64,000 bases of DNA from Octopus sinensis (GCF_006345805.1 NC_043006.1:69750001-69814000); one strand, 5' to 3'; positions 13,890-26,206 are shown, counted from the stretch's first letter. Notes: generated from the sequence alone by a model not told the origin. Made by a program: numbers and translations.

Positions 13890-14105
13890 TATATATACAC
13901 ACACATGCATATACACACACAAACATGCATATATATACACACACACAAGCATATATACACACTTATGCATACGAAGGTCTTCCAAAAATCTCCGTCAACC
14001 AAATTCACTCAACGTATCGGAAGGCATTCACCGAAGGTGTCACGCATCAATTCTGAACCCGAGGTCACGTGGGGTCAAAGGAAGCTTCTCAACCACACAG
14101 TCGCG
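13205..14105 (-). mobile_element. SINE family A whose central microsatellite has expanded to ~580 bp (13385-13970)
   Basis: Tail half at 13205-13385, head half at 13970-14105, compound (CA)/(TA)/TACATACACACGCATGCATATATA array between. Confidence 0.75.
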
Positions 14106-14223
14106 ATGGCACCTCTTCGTCACATACTTTTATCAAACACCCATGCATATCCGTATAAAACCGCACACATACTTATACGCACATATACATAAACTCTGTA
14201 CCATATGGTAATTCACATACACA

Positions 14224-14386
14224 GGCGCAGGAGTGGCTGTGTGGTAAGCAGCTTGCTTACCAACCACACGGCTCCAGGTTCAGTCCCACTGCGTGGCACC
14301 TTGGGCGAGTGGCTTCTACTATAGCCTTCGAGTCGACCAATGCCTTGTGAGTAGATGTGGTAGACGGAAACTGAAAGAAGCCCATC

Positions 14387-14418
<32 letters not shown>

Positions 14419-14610
14419 GTATGTAATGTTTAATTGTGTGTCCCCACTGCATCGCTTGACAACCGATGTTGGTGTGTTCGCGTCCCTATAACTTAGCAAA
14501 TGACACCGATAGAATATGTACTACGCTTACAAAGTTCGGGGGTCGATTTGTTCGACTAAAAGGGTAGTGCTCCAGCATGGCCGCAGTTCCATGAATGAAA
14601 TAAATAAAAG
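14224..14610 (+). mobile_element. SINE family A
   Basis: Full head GGCGCAGGAGTGGCTGTGTGGTAAG through tail. Confidence 0.9.
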
Positions 14611-15661
14611 TGTAAAAGAGAATACACACACGCACACCTTCGTATACACACACACACTGGAGCACGTATTCGAATTGTGTGGAAGCATTATCATGTATGT
14701 GCATGCACACACATATATAATGTAAACATATGTTCTCATATGAATGGACAAGATGCACTCACACGCATACTTGAAGTTATTTATAACTACACTTATACAT
14801 ACAGATATCAGAGTGATACATATACAGACATAAACATATGTTCAAATACGCACACAGACAGTTACACATTCTCACACATACATAGATACACGCAGATGGT
14901 TACAATACAAATTCACGTACGCGCCTTGAACGAACAACTTCACACAGAAATTCCTTCACACACACACACACACACACACAGTGAAATATACGTACATGCT
15001 TATATATATACATACATATCTACATAAATTTATATATACAAATGCATACACACCTACAAACTACTCCCCTTCTCTTTATCAATCTCACTACCTCCTCTTC
15101 CTCTACCCATTCCTCACTCTTACCGTCACCCCCTCATTCCTTTGTTATGCATACCCCTCTCTTTCAAAACATCCTCCCACTACCTCCTGAAGCGACGATA
15201 ACACCTCCTCCCTCTCTCTTTGTTCGTTGTCCACCCCACTCCCTCTCATATTTATTACTCTCAAGCTTCAGCCCCTCCTCCCGTGACTTCTGATTCGCTG
15301 CACATCGCCACTCTCCCCTCCCTCCTCTAGCCTCTCCCACTTTAGATTTGACTTCGCGCGCGCACTTTCTCTCCCCTTCACTTCCCCCTCTGTCATCACT
15401 TTTACTGCTTCTTTCTTTCCTCTCCATTCTTCTCAGTCATTTATCCACTCTCTCACACTTAACCCTCCCTTACTCTACATTATACAAGATCCGCAATAAC
15501 TTTTTTATCAATGATTCTTCCTCTCTTTATTTCCTTCTCCCTCTTTCACAAGTTTACATTCACCGTCATTCTTTCTTTCTTTCAACACACACGCACGTAC
15601 GCCGTGCAGACACACACACACATACACATTAGTTGTAGGAGCCAAAAGAAAGAGTACTCGA

Positions 15662-15896
15662 TCGAGCTGGCAGAACGGCGGCGAGCTGGCAGAATCGTTA
15701 GCACGCTGGGCGAAATGCATAGGCGTATTTCGTCTGCCGTTACGTTCTGAGTTCAAATTCCGCCGAGGTCGACTTTGCCTTTCATACTTTCGGGGTCGAT
15801 AAATTAAGTACCAGTTACGATATAATCGACTTAATCCGTTTGTCTGTCCTTGTTTGTCCTCTCTCTGTTTAGCCCCTTGTGGGTAGTAAAGAAATA
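15662..15896 (+). mobile_element. tRNA-derived SINE family B
   Basis: A box GGCGAGCTGGCAGAATCGTTAG, B box GAGTTCAAATTCC, GGTCGACTTTGCCTTTCAT..GGGGTCGAT block, tail GGGTAGTAAAGAAATA. Confidence 0.9.
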
Positions 15897-16813
15897 GATA
15901 TCAAAGTTTCAGATAGGGACCGTCGGACTCTTACGCGAATTATTAGAAAGGATCACAAAAGTACAACTGCCAAAATTACTGCAGAGCTTAATGACCCACC
16001 TCGAAAACCAACCCAGTTTTCACAAAAGCTGTTCGCCGGAAACTGCACAAAGCCAGATTTCACGGGAGGGCTGCAATAAAAAAAAAACACTACTTTCAAA
16101 AACATGCGTTGCAAAGCATTTAGAGTGGAGTAAAAACCTACAGAATTTGGTCCCTAGAGCAGTGGAAGAATGTTATTTTCTCGGACGAGTTATCCTTTAA
16201 CTTATTTCCTATCACCGGCCGATTATACATGTGGACACAGCCAAAAGAAGCATTTGACCCAGACTGCCTTCTTCCAACTGTTAAACATGGGAAGATCTGT
16301 GATGATCTGGCGGGCTATATCTTGGAAATCGCTGGCCCAATGGTTTCCCTTCAAGGCAGAATTAATAATCAAGACTATTTAAGCATTTTATCTGATCAAA
16401 TTCATCCTATGGTTACGGAACCGTTTCCGGGAGGAAACGCAATCTTTCAGGATGCTAATGCACCAACTTACATAGCTCAAGTTGTTACTGAATGACACGA
16501 GGAACATCCTAGTGAAGCTGAACATCTTATCTGGCCACCACAGTTCCCAGATCTCAATATTATTGAACATTTAAGGTGCATTTTAGAAAAGCAAGTAAGG
16601 AGTCGATATCCTCCACCATCATCACTACAAGAACTGGAGACTGTTTTAGCTGAAGAATGGACAAAAATTCCTATCGAAACAATTCAAACTTTGTACGAAT
16701 CCATAGCTCGTAGAATTCAAGATATAATTACTGCCAAAGGCGGTCCTGCCCCATATTAAAATAAATTTGTTTGAAATTTTAAGGTGTTACCATTAATTTG
16801 TCCAACCCGTGTG
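15897..16813 (+). mobile_element. Tc1-like DNA transposon remnant, 5'-truncated, DD36E-type spacing
   Basis: VIFSDE (16184), IFQDANAP (16451), WPPQFPDLNIIEHL (E at 16565), KGGPAPY* and 3' TIR ...TTGTCCAACCCGTG followed by TA; several frameshifts and stops. Confidence 0.9.
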
Positions 16814-16829
16814 TATATATATATATATT

Positions 16830-16981
16830 TGACGGGCTTCTTTCAGTTTCCGACTGACAATGTTTTGATCAGCCCAGGGCTATAGGGGAAGACACTTGCC
16901 TGAGGAGCTGCGCAGTGGGACTGAAACCAAAGCTGCATGATAGGGAAGCAAGCTCCTTACCACATGGCCACGCCTGCGTCT
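16830..16981 (-). mobile_element. SINE family A, head half
   Basis: Reverse-complement head and CORE-like block. Confidence 0.75.
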
Positions 16982-16996
16982 ACACTGTGTGTGTGA

Positions 16997-17042
<46 letters not shown>

Positions 17043-18019
17043 CGAGAGATAGAGAGAAAGAGCGAGATAGAAAGAGCGAGAGAGAGAGAACAGACAGGCA
17101 GACAGAACATACATATATGGCAGAGTCTCGTATATATAATTATGTGAGTTAGAAAACATCACTATTGAGATTAACTTTGCAATTATTATATAAAAACCCC
17201 TTCAAGGAAAGAATTCGAACCTTAACAACACCAGCTGATAATATTTTTTGCAACATTAACCCCAATGAATGCGGCAAACGGTCAGAATTCTTAATGCGAC
17301 GGACCAAATAAATGGCGACATTTCTTCGGAGTTTGTGCTGAGTTCAAATGCCGCCGAAGTTAACTTTGCCTTTCATTCTTACGGGATCAACAAAATAAAG
17401 TACCAGTCGAGTACTGGGGGTCAATGCATCCCACTTTCCTTCCCTTCAAAATTGCTGATCTTTTGCTAAAAAATTGGAAGACCCTTAAATTCAATGGGGG
17501 TGAAAAGTGAAAGCTAATGGCCAAGTATGCTGATGTGAGATCTTGTCACTGAATTATGTTTACCTCAGCTGAGTAGATTTAGACGCAATCAAGACAACAC
17601 ACGTTTATGTATGTAGACACATATGGCGCACACACGTCATACAGCCATCTGTAAATCCCAGAAAGGATATTTTGAAATCCCTATTCAAAGCGTTTAGCAG
17701 TAGAATGTAATAGTGTCATTTGAAGAATAACTAAGAACTTGAGTATAGTTCTGCGACCTTAGTTACTAAAGAATCAGAGAGGGAGTTTTTTATTTTCATT
17801 TTTTTTATAACCCCCAATTCTAAAATGAGTGCTTATGTTGTTGCGTCAATTTTTTTAATGTACTTATGGTGAGTCCCGAAAAACTCCTTTTAAAACAAAC
17901 TACAGAATAAAGACATTATCAGTAAAATAGTGTCTGAAGGTGCAATCACCTACGTTGTGAAATCTAGGAAGCAAAACTTTTCAGACACGGGTCGTTTATG
18001 TTAACGCTATTGGTTGTGA

Positions 18020-18211
18020 GTTTAGCGATATTTCGTCTGCCGTTACGTTCTGAGTTCAAATTCCACCGAGGCCGACTTTGCCTTTCATCCTTTCGGAGTC
18101 GATGAAATAAGTACCAGTTATGCACTAGGGTCGATGTAATTGACTTAATCCCTTTGTCTGTCCTTGTTTGTCCCCTCTGTGTTTAGCCCCCTGTGGGCGA
18201 TAAAGAAATAG
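18020..18211 (+). mobile_element. SINE family B, headless copy
   Basis: Starts at TATTTCGTCTGCCG, ends AAAGAAATA; further fragment at 17262-17450. Confidence 0.85.
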
Positions 18212-18498
18212 TTACTGGTTGTGAGCAGTTATACAGTATTGATGTATACATACATACATACATATGTTCGTGTGGGTACATGTGATGTGCATAGTGCATG
18301 TATATGTGTGTTGGGTTTGTTAGAAGTAACATCAGGATCCCTAACACTGTTAGGTCTCCAAAGACTGAATGGTAGAGCGATCGAGAGAGAGTGAGAAATA
18401 AAGTTATCATCAGACGAATAATTTTGGTCCGAATACATATTCAGTGTAGCCATGAGTTAAATGGTCGCGTTAAACTTGGATGGACGATTAATCTTACC

Positions 18499-18928
18499 AT
18501 GCGTGGCTGTGTGGTAAGAAGTTTGACATAACAACATGGTTCTGGGCTCTGTCTCACTGCATGGCATCTTGGACGAGTGCCTTCTACTGGAGCTCCTGGC
18601 TGGCCAAAGCCTTGTGAAGGATTTGGTTAGCGGAAACTGAAAAGAAGCCCATCGCGCATGTATGTATGCACGTATGTACGTGTGTGTATGTGTGGGTGCA
18701 CACATGTGAATGTGTGTGCGAGTGTGTGTGTGTGTGTCTGCACCGCCACCTCTTGACAACCGATGCTAGTTTGTTTACAACTCCGTAGGTAGCGGTTCGG
18801 CAAAAAGAAAGCGATAAAATAAGTAAAAGACTTTAACAAGAAGTACTGGAGCCCATTTGTTCGACTAAATCTTTCAAAGTAGTGCTCCAGCATGGCCGGT
18901 GTCTAATGACTGGAACAGGTAAAAGAAA
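18499..18928 (+). mobile_element. SINE family A
   Basis: Head through tail, diverged. Confidence 0.85.
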
Positions 18929-19377
18929 TGACAGACAGACAGATAGATAGATATTAATTAGCATACAAATGTAAATACACAGTATGCTTACATATATGAT
19001 TGCAGACACATACTGAAATACACGCGGAAACATGCAGATACATGTACACACATCTCACACGTTACTGAAAATTTTAAACAGACATACGTTCATACACGCA
19101 CGAGCAGAGAGTGAGAGAGAGAAAAAGGGAGAAACATATATAGAGATATAAATGAACAGAGAGAGAGAAAGAAATGAAACAAGACCACACACAGAGGTGG
19201 AAAGGATGTAATGTAAGTAGAGAGAGAGGAGGTAAAGAGAAAGAAAGTGAGAGAAGGGGAAGAGAGAGACAGAGGATAAGAAGAAAAGATAGACTAAATG
19301 AGAAATGGGGAAGGTTTAATGAAGGTAGTGTTTGCCGTGCAAACATATGTGCGTGTGTACATACACACAAACATACA

Positions 19378-19630
19378 TTATGGCTGCCCCCTCGTTATCG
19401 AGTATGGCCATTGCACGAAGCTTAACTGTTACTGGTGTTCTGATCGAATGTGACTTTTTAGCTCAGCTAAAGATCTACAATGTCTTGTACAGAATTAGCA
19501 ACTAAAACCTTTACCGGTAATAGCCGGCTTGGGCTTCATGTACCTTTGCATGTCGTTTAAGTCCTCCTGCCGAATTACACTGTCTTCCACATGCCCGACA
19601 GATATGATTAGTAAGGTCTGTTACACCACC
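19378..19630 (-). mobile_element. RTE-type LINE 3' end with two C2H2 zinc fingers
   Basis: ICRACGRQCNSAGGLKRHAKVH and SC*FCTRHCRSLAELKSHIRSEH, then a short tail GCAATGGCCATACTCGATAACGAG; stops present. Confidence 0.65.
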
Positions 19631-19837
19631 ACATACATACATACATACATACATATATCTTAAATATCAATCTTGAGAAATTAGCTTTCTCCTTTCTGGT
19701 TTTGCGAACCTAATTCGAAGACTAGAAAACCATTCCAGCACTAGAACTGTAAATATCTGTAAAACTTCCCAGAAGTTCATCATTTAAATATATATGAGCA
19801 TGTCTAGATATGCAACTATATGCATGAGAATACAGAC

Positions 19838-20063
19838 ATGTTGAAATTCCAATGAAGGAGCCTTGGCTCTAGGTTAGAAACCAGTTCTTTATTGACAAGA
19901 AATCTTGAAATAAACTGAATGACATACATACATGCATGCATACATACATACATACATACATACAAAAATACCCTGTTGATGTTGAAATTCCAGTGAAGGA
20001 GCCTTGGATCTAGGTTAGAAACCGGTTCTTTATTGAATATTGAAATAAACTGAATAATGATAT

Positions 20064-20104
<41 letters not shown>

Positions 20105-20265
20105 TACATACATACATACACACACACACAAAAAAAAAATACCCTATTGATGTTGAAATTCCAATGAAGGAACCTTGAATCTAGGTTAGAAACCGGTTCT
20201 TTGTCTATTGGCAAGAAATCTTGAAATAAACTGAATAATGACATACATGAATACATACATACATG
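19838..20265 (+). repeat. Three tandem copies of a probable LINE 3' end with (ACAT)n tail
   Basis: ATGTTGAAATTCCA(A/G)TGAAGGA..CTAGGTTAGAAACC..GAAATAAACTGAAT at ~19838, ~19979, ~20150, each followed by (ACAT)n/(AC)n. Confidence 0.8.
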
Positions 20266-20798
20266 CGTGTATATATTTATTCTTAATCAAGAATTATGTT
20301 GTTGATAGTGACTTGGCGGTGTCGGCCCGCGTAGCCATCGTCAGATTGCGATGCATTAGAGTTAGTTTTGTCTTAACGTAGGCTTTGTCAAGTTAGAATC
20401 CTGTGCGTGCGTGTGCGTGCACGCGCGCGTTTGAGTGAAGTGGTAAATAGGGTTTTCTGGGAAGGTGTTTTAGAAAAAATTTTATTGATGAAATTTGGGT
20501 TTATGTTGTTGTTTAGAATTTAATCATGCATGCAGATTGGAAACTAGTCAGCAGGTGCTTCTTTATTGTTAGGTAGGAACAAAGTGTGACGGTATTTTCA
20601 TTGGATTTAATCCTTTTGCTTTGACAATATAAAGGTCAAAGGTTCAAAGTTCAGTATTTAAGCCCTTAGTTATTGAGTGAGTCAATTTGTGTTTCATAAA
20701 AGAATTTCGGTAGGATGGTCATTTCTTCACTTGTTGCCAGTCAAGGTATTTCTTATTTTTGTGTGTGTGTGTACGCATACGTGTGAGTACATATATAA

Positions 20799-20836
<38 letters not shown>

Positions 20837-20929
20837 CATACATATACACCCACACGCATATGTGTATGTGTGTGTGTGTGTGTATATATATATATAATAT
20901 ATATATATATTATATATATATGTGACCTC

Positions 20930-21120
20930 GTGAGCACCGCCAGCAATTTTTTTCCTCTCTCTTCCCTTCTTGGGATCTTTCCTTCTCTTTTGTTTCCCAC
21001 GAAGAGCTCCGCTCGAAACGTTAAACCCTCCTTCTTCCCTTCTTTCCTGAGCGTCCAATAATACATTATTTGTTCCACGTCCTCGCGTTGCTGTGTTTTT
21101 TTGTGTTTTCTTGTTTGGGT

Positions 21121-21125
<5 letters not shown>
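20930..21125 (+). mobile_element. Penelope-like terminal-repeat remnant with degenerate minimal hammerhead motif (20992-21026)
   Basis: GTTT-CCCACGA-A-GAGC-TCC-GCTC-GAAAC-GTT-AAAC: stem I GTTT/AAAC, stem II GAGC/GCTC, palindromic AACGTT; core has 2 substitutions versus CTGACGA. Confidence 0.6.
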
Positions 21126-21164
<39 letters not shown>

Positions 21165-21175
<11 letters not shown>

Positions 21176-21533
21176 GGCAGTTTGTCTGTGCGTGTTTCTG
21201 TGTGTCTGTTTGCTTGTACCCTCACCCTGACCACGGCTTTCAACCGATTCTGATGAAACTTGACACACACATAGCCCAATGTCATAATTGAAAACTAACG
21301 CAGCCAAAATTTTGAAAAGTTTCCCCAGTTCTGAAAAAAATCGATAAATTCGACATGGGGTCGAGAATTAGAAACACGAACCACAAACTGTCTAGGGGAC
21401 GCAACTCCATCCTTTTTTAACTCTCAAAAAAAATTTACCATCATTTTTTTCCTATTTTTTGGCTATAACTCTCTAAAAATGCTTTATAGTTATTTCCCTT
21501 ACAAACCTGAGCAACGCCGGGCGATACTGCTAG

Positions 21534-21534
<1 letters not shown>
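21165..21534 (+). mobile_element. Non-autonomous Helitron/Helentron-like element
   Basis: 5' TATATAAA..GTCTGTG, 3' hairpin-like CCTGAGCAACGCCGGG followed by CTAGT; inserted in (TA)n. Confidence 0.7.
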
Positions 21535-21626
<92 letters not shown>

Positions 21627-21768
21627 TAAGAAATGTGACAGAGACAGAAAGATTGTGTGTATATGTATAAATATATATATATCTATACACATGCATATAT
21701 ACATATATATCTACGCATGTGTGTGTGTATATATATAAAGAGAGAGATAGTAAGAGAGAGATGTGTGT

Positions 21769-21805
<37 letters not shown>

Positions 21806-21850
21806 TATACATACATACACACACACATATATATAGATAGATATACATAT

Positions 21851-21883
<33 letters not shown>

Positions 21884-21964
21884 TACATACACACACACAC
21901 ACATATATATATATATAGATATACATACACACACACACACATATATATATATATAGATATACAT

Positions 21965-21995
<31 letters not shown>

Positions 21996-22040
21996 GATAT
22001 ACATACACACACATACACACTATACATATATATATATACG
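21535..22040. repeat. Compound (TA)/(GA)/(AC) microsatellite array
   Basis: Direct inspection; recurring ATATATAGATATACATACACACAC unit. Confidence 0.95.
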
Positions 22041-22799
22041 TGTATACTACACTAGCGCGTGTGTGCGTGCGTACACACTCATGTAAACATATGTATTAGC
22101 TTTCATTTTATGTATACGTGTGTACATACATGCATGTGCATATAGTTCACTGTGCCTCTACTGAAAGTACACGAGGGAGAGAGAGAGGAAGTAATTGTTG
22201 TGCGCACCCAGCACCAACGCTTTTCTGCTTCACCTTCTTCGCCCTCCATAACATCTGATGCGCAGTTTTGCAATGATAGCCAAGGCCACCGCCTCCATAG
22301 AGTCGACACACTAGCAAGACTGTCGCCCTCAAACTAAGCCCCCTACCCGTCCACATACAGCAACATATCGCCACTCTCACCTACACAATAGTAAAGATAA
22401 TAGTTGTCAGTGACAACGAGATCAGTAGACGTAGAGAGGCAAATATAGGGACACACAGATGTACATATACAAACTTTCACTTACACACAAATATACGGCT
22501 AGCCTACACACAGAGATGGCGACAGACACCATCAAATAGGTGAACGAAGCACCCAACAGTGCATACACACACACAGATAAAAGCAAGAATACTCGACAGA
22601 CGGAGGGAGCTACGTACCTTCGGTAACTAGGCAGATAGGGTGACATAGATAAATAGATTGATAGACAGAGAGATACATATATACAAATAGATGAAATTAT
22701 GGGTCGGTAGGTGAAGGGAGAAGCCAAAGAAATTTCTATGAATAAAACTCGAGTTTTACTGAATTGTGCGCCATTTTAACTTGCTTACATACGAACACA

Positions 22800-23250
22800 T
22801 GCGTACAAAACGTGTGTGTGTGTGCGTGTGTGTGCGTGTATGCGCGTGTGTGTGTGTGCGTGTGCATGTGCGTGCGTGTGCATGTGTGTGCGTGTGCATG
22901 TGTGTGCGTGTGCATGTGCGTGCGTGTGCATGTGCGTGCGTGTGCATGTGTGTGCGTGTGCATGTGCGTGCGTGTGCATGTGCGTGCGTGTGCATGTGCG
23001 TGCATGTGTGTGCGTGTGCATGTGTGTGCGTGTGCATGTGTGTGCGTGTGCATGTGTGTGCGTGTGCATGTGTGTGCGTGTGCATGTGTGTGCGTGTGCA
23101 TGTGTGTGCGTGTGCATGTGTGTGCGTGTGCATGTGTGTGCGTGTGCATGTGTGTGGATGTGTGTGTGCGTGTGCATGTGTGTGGATGTGTGTGTGCGTG
23201 CGTGTGTGCGTGCGTTTGCGTGTGCATGCGTTTGCGTGTGTGTACACATG
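22800..23250. repeat. Minisatellite based on a 16-bp GTGTGTGCGTGTGCAT unit
   Basis: Direct inspection; source of the CV/HT ORFs. Confidence 0.95.
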
Positions 23251-23314
23251 CATACACAGCTGTTAACTCATTATGATTTTGTAGATTTAAGCCGTTAAAT
23301 ATAACGAAGTGAGC

Positions 23315-23960
23315 CAGACAAAGCTCTGAACAAATGAAATTTATTCTAAAGTGATATTGGAAATCTGAAAACGCAGTCACCATACAAAGACAGTTTAGGA
23401 GGGACTTTCAAACAGATCCATCTACGCAACTTACGACCTCCTTGCGTTTGAGGTAAATTTTGAAGCAGATTGAACTGTTCGAAATGTCCACAAGAAACGA
23501 GCTTGAAGATTGCAGGCATCGACGAACATCAAAAAGCAAGAAATGGCACTAGAAATCTATTGTCAGAGTTCAAGAAAATCTTTGCGGCAAACTAAGTCAT
23601 GCGATAGGAACTTCAAAATGAAGCGTCCGTCACATTTCGAAGCGCTCTCATTGGAAAAGTCACATTCCAAGAATATTCCATGTTCAATGGAGATGATCAG
23701 AACAGAAGTATGAAAATTTGCGAGTGGTACTTAGCAAGTGTGTCGACAAAATACACTTTCCAACAAATATTGTTTCGAGTGACGAGGCTACATTTATGGA
23801 AATCAGCATGTTACGGAGAAGAGTCATACTAATTTATCATGTGTTACAGTATTATGCGGTTTATTATCAAAAGGGATTAATTAGACTATTCTTTTTTGAC
23901 GGTACAATCCGTCATGGAAAGAGGGGCAACTCTAAAGAGACTACAGCTTTATGAATAATT
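23315..23960 (+). mobile_element. Tc1/mariner transposase remnant, DUF4817-HTH type
   Basis: Across frameshifts: WKSENAVTIQRQFRRDF, GTVRNVHKKR, KSLRQT, WKSHIPRIFH, NGDDQNR..CEWYL, NIVSSDEATF, KGLIRLFFFDGT. Confidence 0.75.
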
Positions 23961-24246
23961 CAGTCAACACGTTGACCGATGTGCGCTAGTAGATCGCCCG
24001 ATCGAAGGAAAATAACGAATTATTTGCGCTAAGCAGTATTTATGTATGAGCAGATTTAGGTAAGTTGAAATATGTTTGTCACATAATTCAACTGCTAAAA
24101 TGCAAATACACTGCAGTTATCGCAGAGGGAAAATATCTCTTATGGTAAAAAGGTATCAAAACACCCCGGTCCGTTCAGTATCGCCATCTATTAGGAATCT
24201 CAGACATCGATGTTTGAAGATTTTGCAGCTTTAATAAAACTATATC

Positions 24247-24279
<33 letters not shown>

Positions 24280-24492
24280 TATATACAAATATTCTATAAT
24301 TATAAACATAATTAGGGTGTCTGCTAATTGCTTCACCACATAACGAATTTTGAAATAGATGTTTGAAATTATTTTTCTTCTACCGTAATAAACTCCCAGA
24401 CAGTCACAATTTTTTACGTAGGCAAAAAGGAAAATAATGAAATAATGGGTTGAAAAGCAAGCTTTTTACCACACAGCCACACACACACACAC

Positions 24493-24534
<42 letters not shown>

Positions 24535-24564
24535 AAGTAAAATAATTTACTTTACCACACACAC

Positions 24565-24604
<40 letters not shown>

Positions 24605-24683
24605 TATATATAATACACACACACACACAAATTCATATATATGTATATATATATATACACACACACAAACACAGACATAAATT

Positions 24684-24715
<32 letters not shown>

Positions 24716-24829
24716 ACCTGTATAAAGGATTTATTTATAGTGATTAAATGTTTAAGTTGTACATTAGCTCACCCCGCTCCATCAAATCGACATTACCTTT
24801 ACAGGTGCACGGTGTGTTATACGTCATGT

Positions 24830-24945
24830 GTGTCGAAGTGATCTCGAAGCAACATGAAATGAAGTATTTTGTTCAAAAGCACAATACACCGCTCGATCTA
24901 GAAATTGAAACCATGAGGCCCTAAGCACCAGGCCACGCTCCTCTA
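24830..24945 (-). mobile_element. SINE family C head fragment
   Basis: Reverse-complement tRNA-like head and CORE-like block, diverged. Confidence 0.55.
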
Positions 24946-25757
24946 CACACACAAGCCCAAGTAAATGATCCTAGATCTCACGGTTCTCAATATGTTCTAC
25001 TAAATTCCCTATTTAGTGAAGCTTAGGAATTTTAGAAATCTACTGTACAGGGAGTTCATTTTATTGATGGCTTGTGTTGTCCCCATTAGCATTATGGTCC
25101 AACGGGGTTTTCTCTCTTATTTATTTTGAATACTCTGATAACCATCAATTGACAATCTAACAGAACTATTCTAAAAGATATTAATAGCACTTCAGCGCTT
25201 TCAACGTCACGCTCTATTTAAGCCTTTCTCGGGAGATCGTTCTGCATATTCAATACAAATATTTAGACTCAATTATTCTTAAGGGCGCAGAGTGACAAAT
25301 ATAGAAGCGCAGGAATGTTCGACTGAATAACGATTCAGTGAACACAAGCTCAGAGACAGACAGAGAGGAAAGAGATCTGATCAAAAAGTATTCTCGCCAT
25401 GACCATCCCGTCTTTTGTTTTTACAAACGCATATACCAAATTAAAACTTTATAAACACGATCCCACTTTCTTTTTTTAAATGAGTGAGACGAAGCTATTA
25501 TATTTCGTTCATCGAACTCGAACCCCAGTCCTCACTTCCTGGTTTATGTAATCAACGGCACGTTGTTCTTTAACCCTAGGTCTGCCATGATAGAGAAGGT
25601 CTAGGGTATAAGGAATACCAACTGAGGTCATCCCGCCTTTTTCCTCTGGATAAGGAACCAAGATGACATGTATGTACATAAATAGATATATACACGTGTG
25701 TGTGCATATAAGCACAGAGGGACATATATGTGTACACTCACACATATACAGACACGC

Positions 25758-25793
<36 letters not shown>

Positions 25794-25814
25794 GCAGATA
25801 AATTCATATATATA

Positions 25815-26205
25815 GGCGCAGGAGTGGCTGTGTGGTAAGTAGCTTGTTTACCAGCCACATGGTTCCGGGTTCAGTCCCACTGCGTGGCACCTTGGGCAAG
25901 TGTCTTCTATAGCCTCGGGCTGACCAAAGCCTTGTGAGTGGATTTGGTAGACGGAAACTGAAAGAAGCCTTTCGTATATATGTATATATATATGCGTGTG
26001 TGTGTTTGTGTGTCTGTATTTGTCCCCCTAGCATTGCTTGACAACCGATGCTGGTGTGTTTATGTCCCCGTTACTTAGCGGTTCGGCAAAAGAGACCGAT
26101 AAAATAAGTACTGGGCTTACAAAAGAATAAGTCCCGGGGTCGAGTTGCTCGATTAAAGGCGGTGCTCCAGCATGGCCGCAGTCAAATGACTGAAACAAGT
26201 AAAAA

Positions 26206-26206
<1 letters not shown>
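25815..26206 (+). mobile_element. SINE family A, close to consensus
   Basis: Complete head, centre and tail. Confidence 0.95.

Noticed and set aside
22140-22420. Unique, GC-richer stretch with an acceptor-like site on the minus strand
   Set aside because: No matching donor or recognisable product; cannot be supported as an exon.
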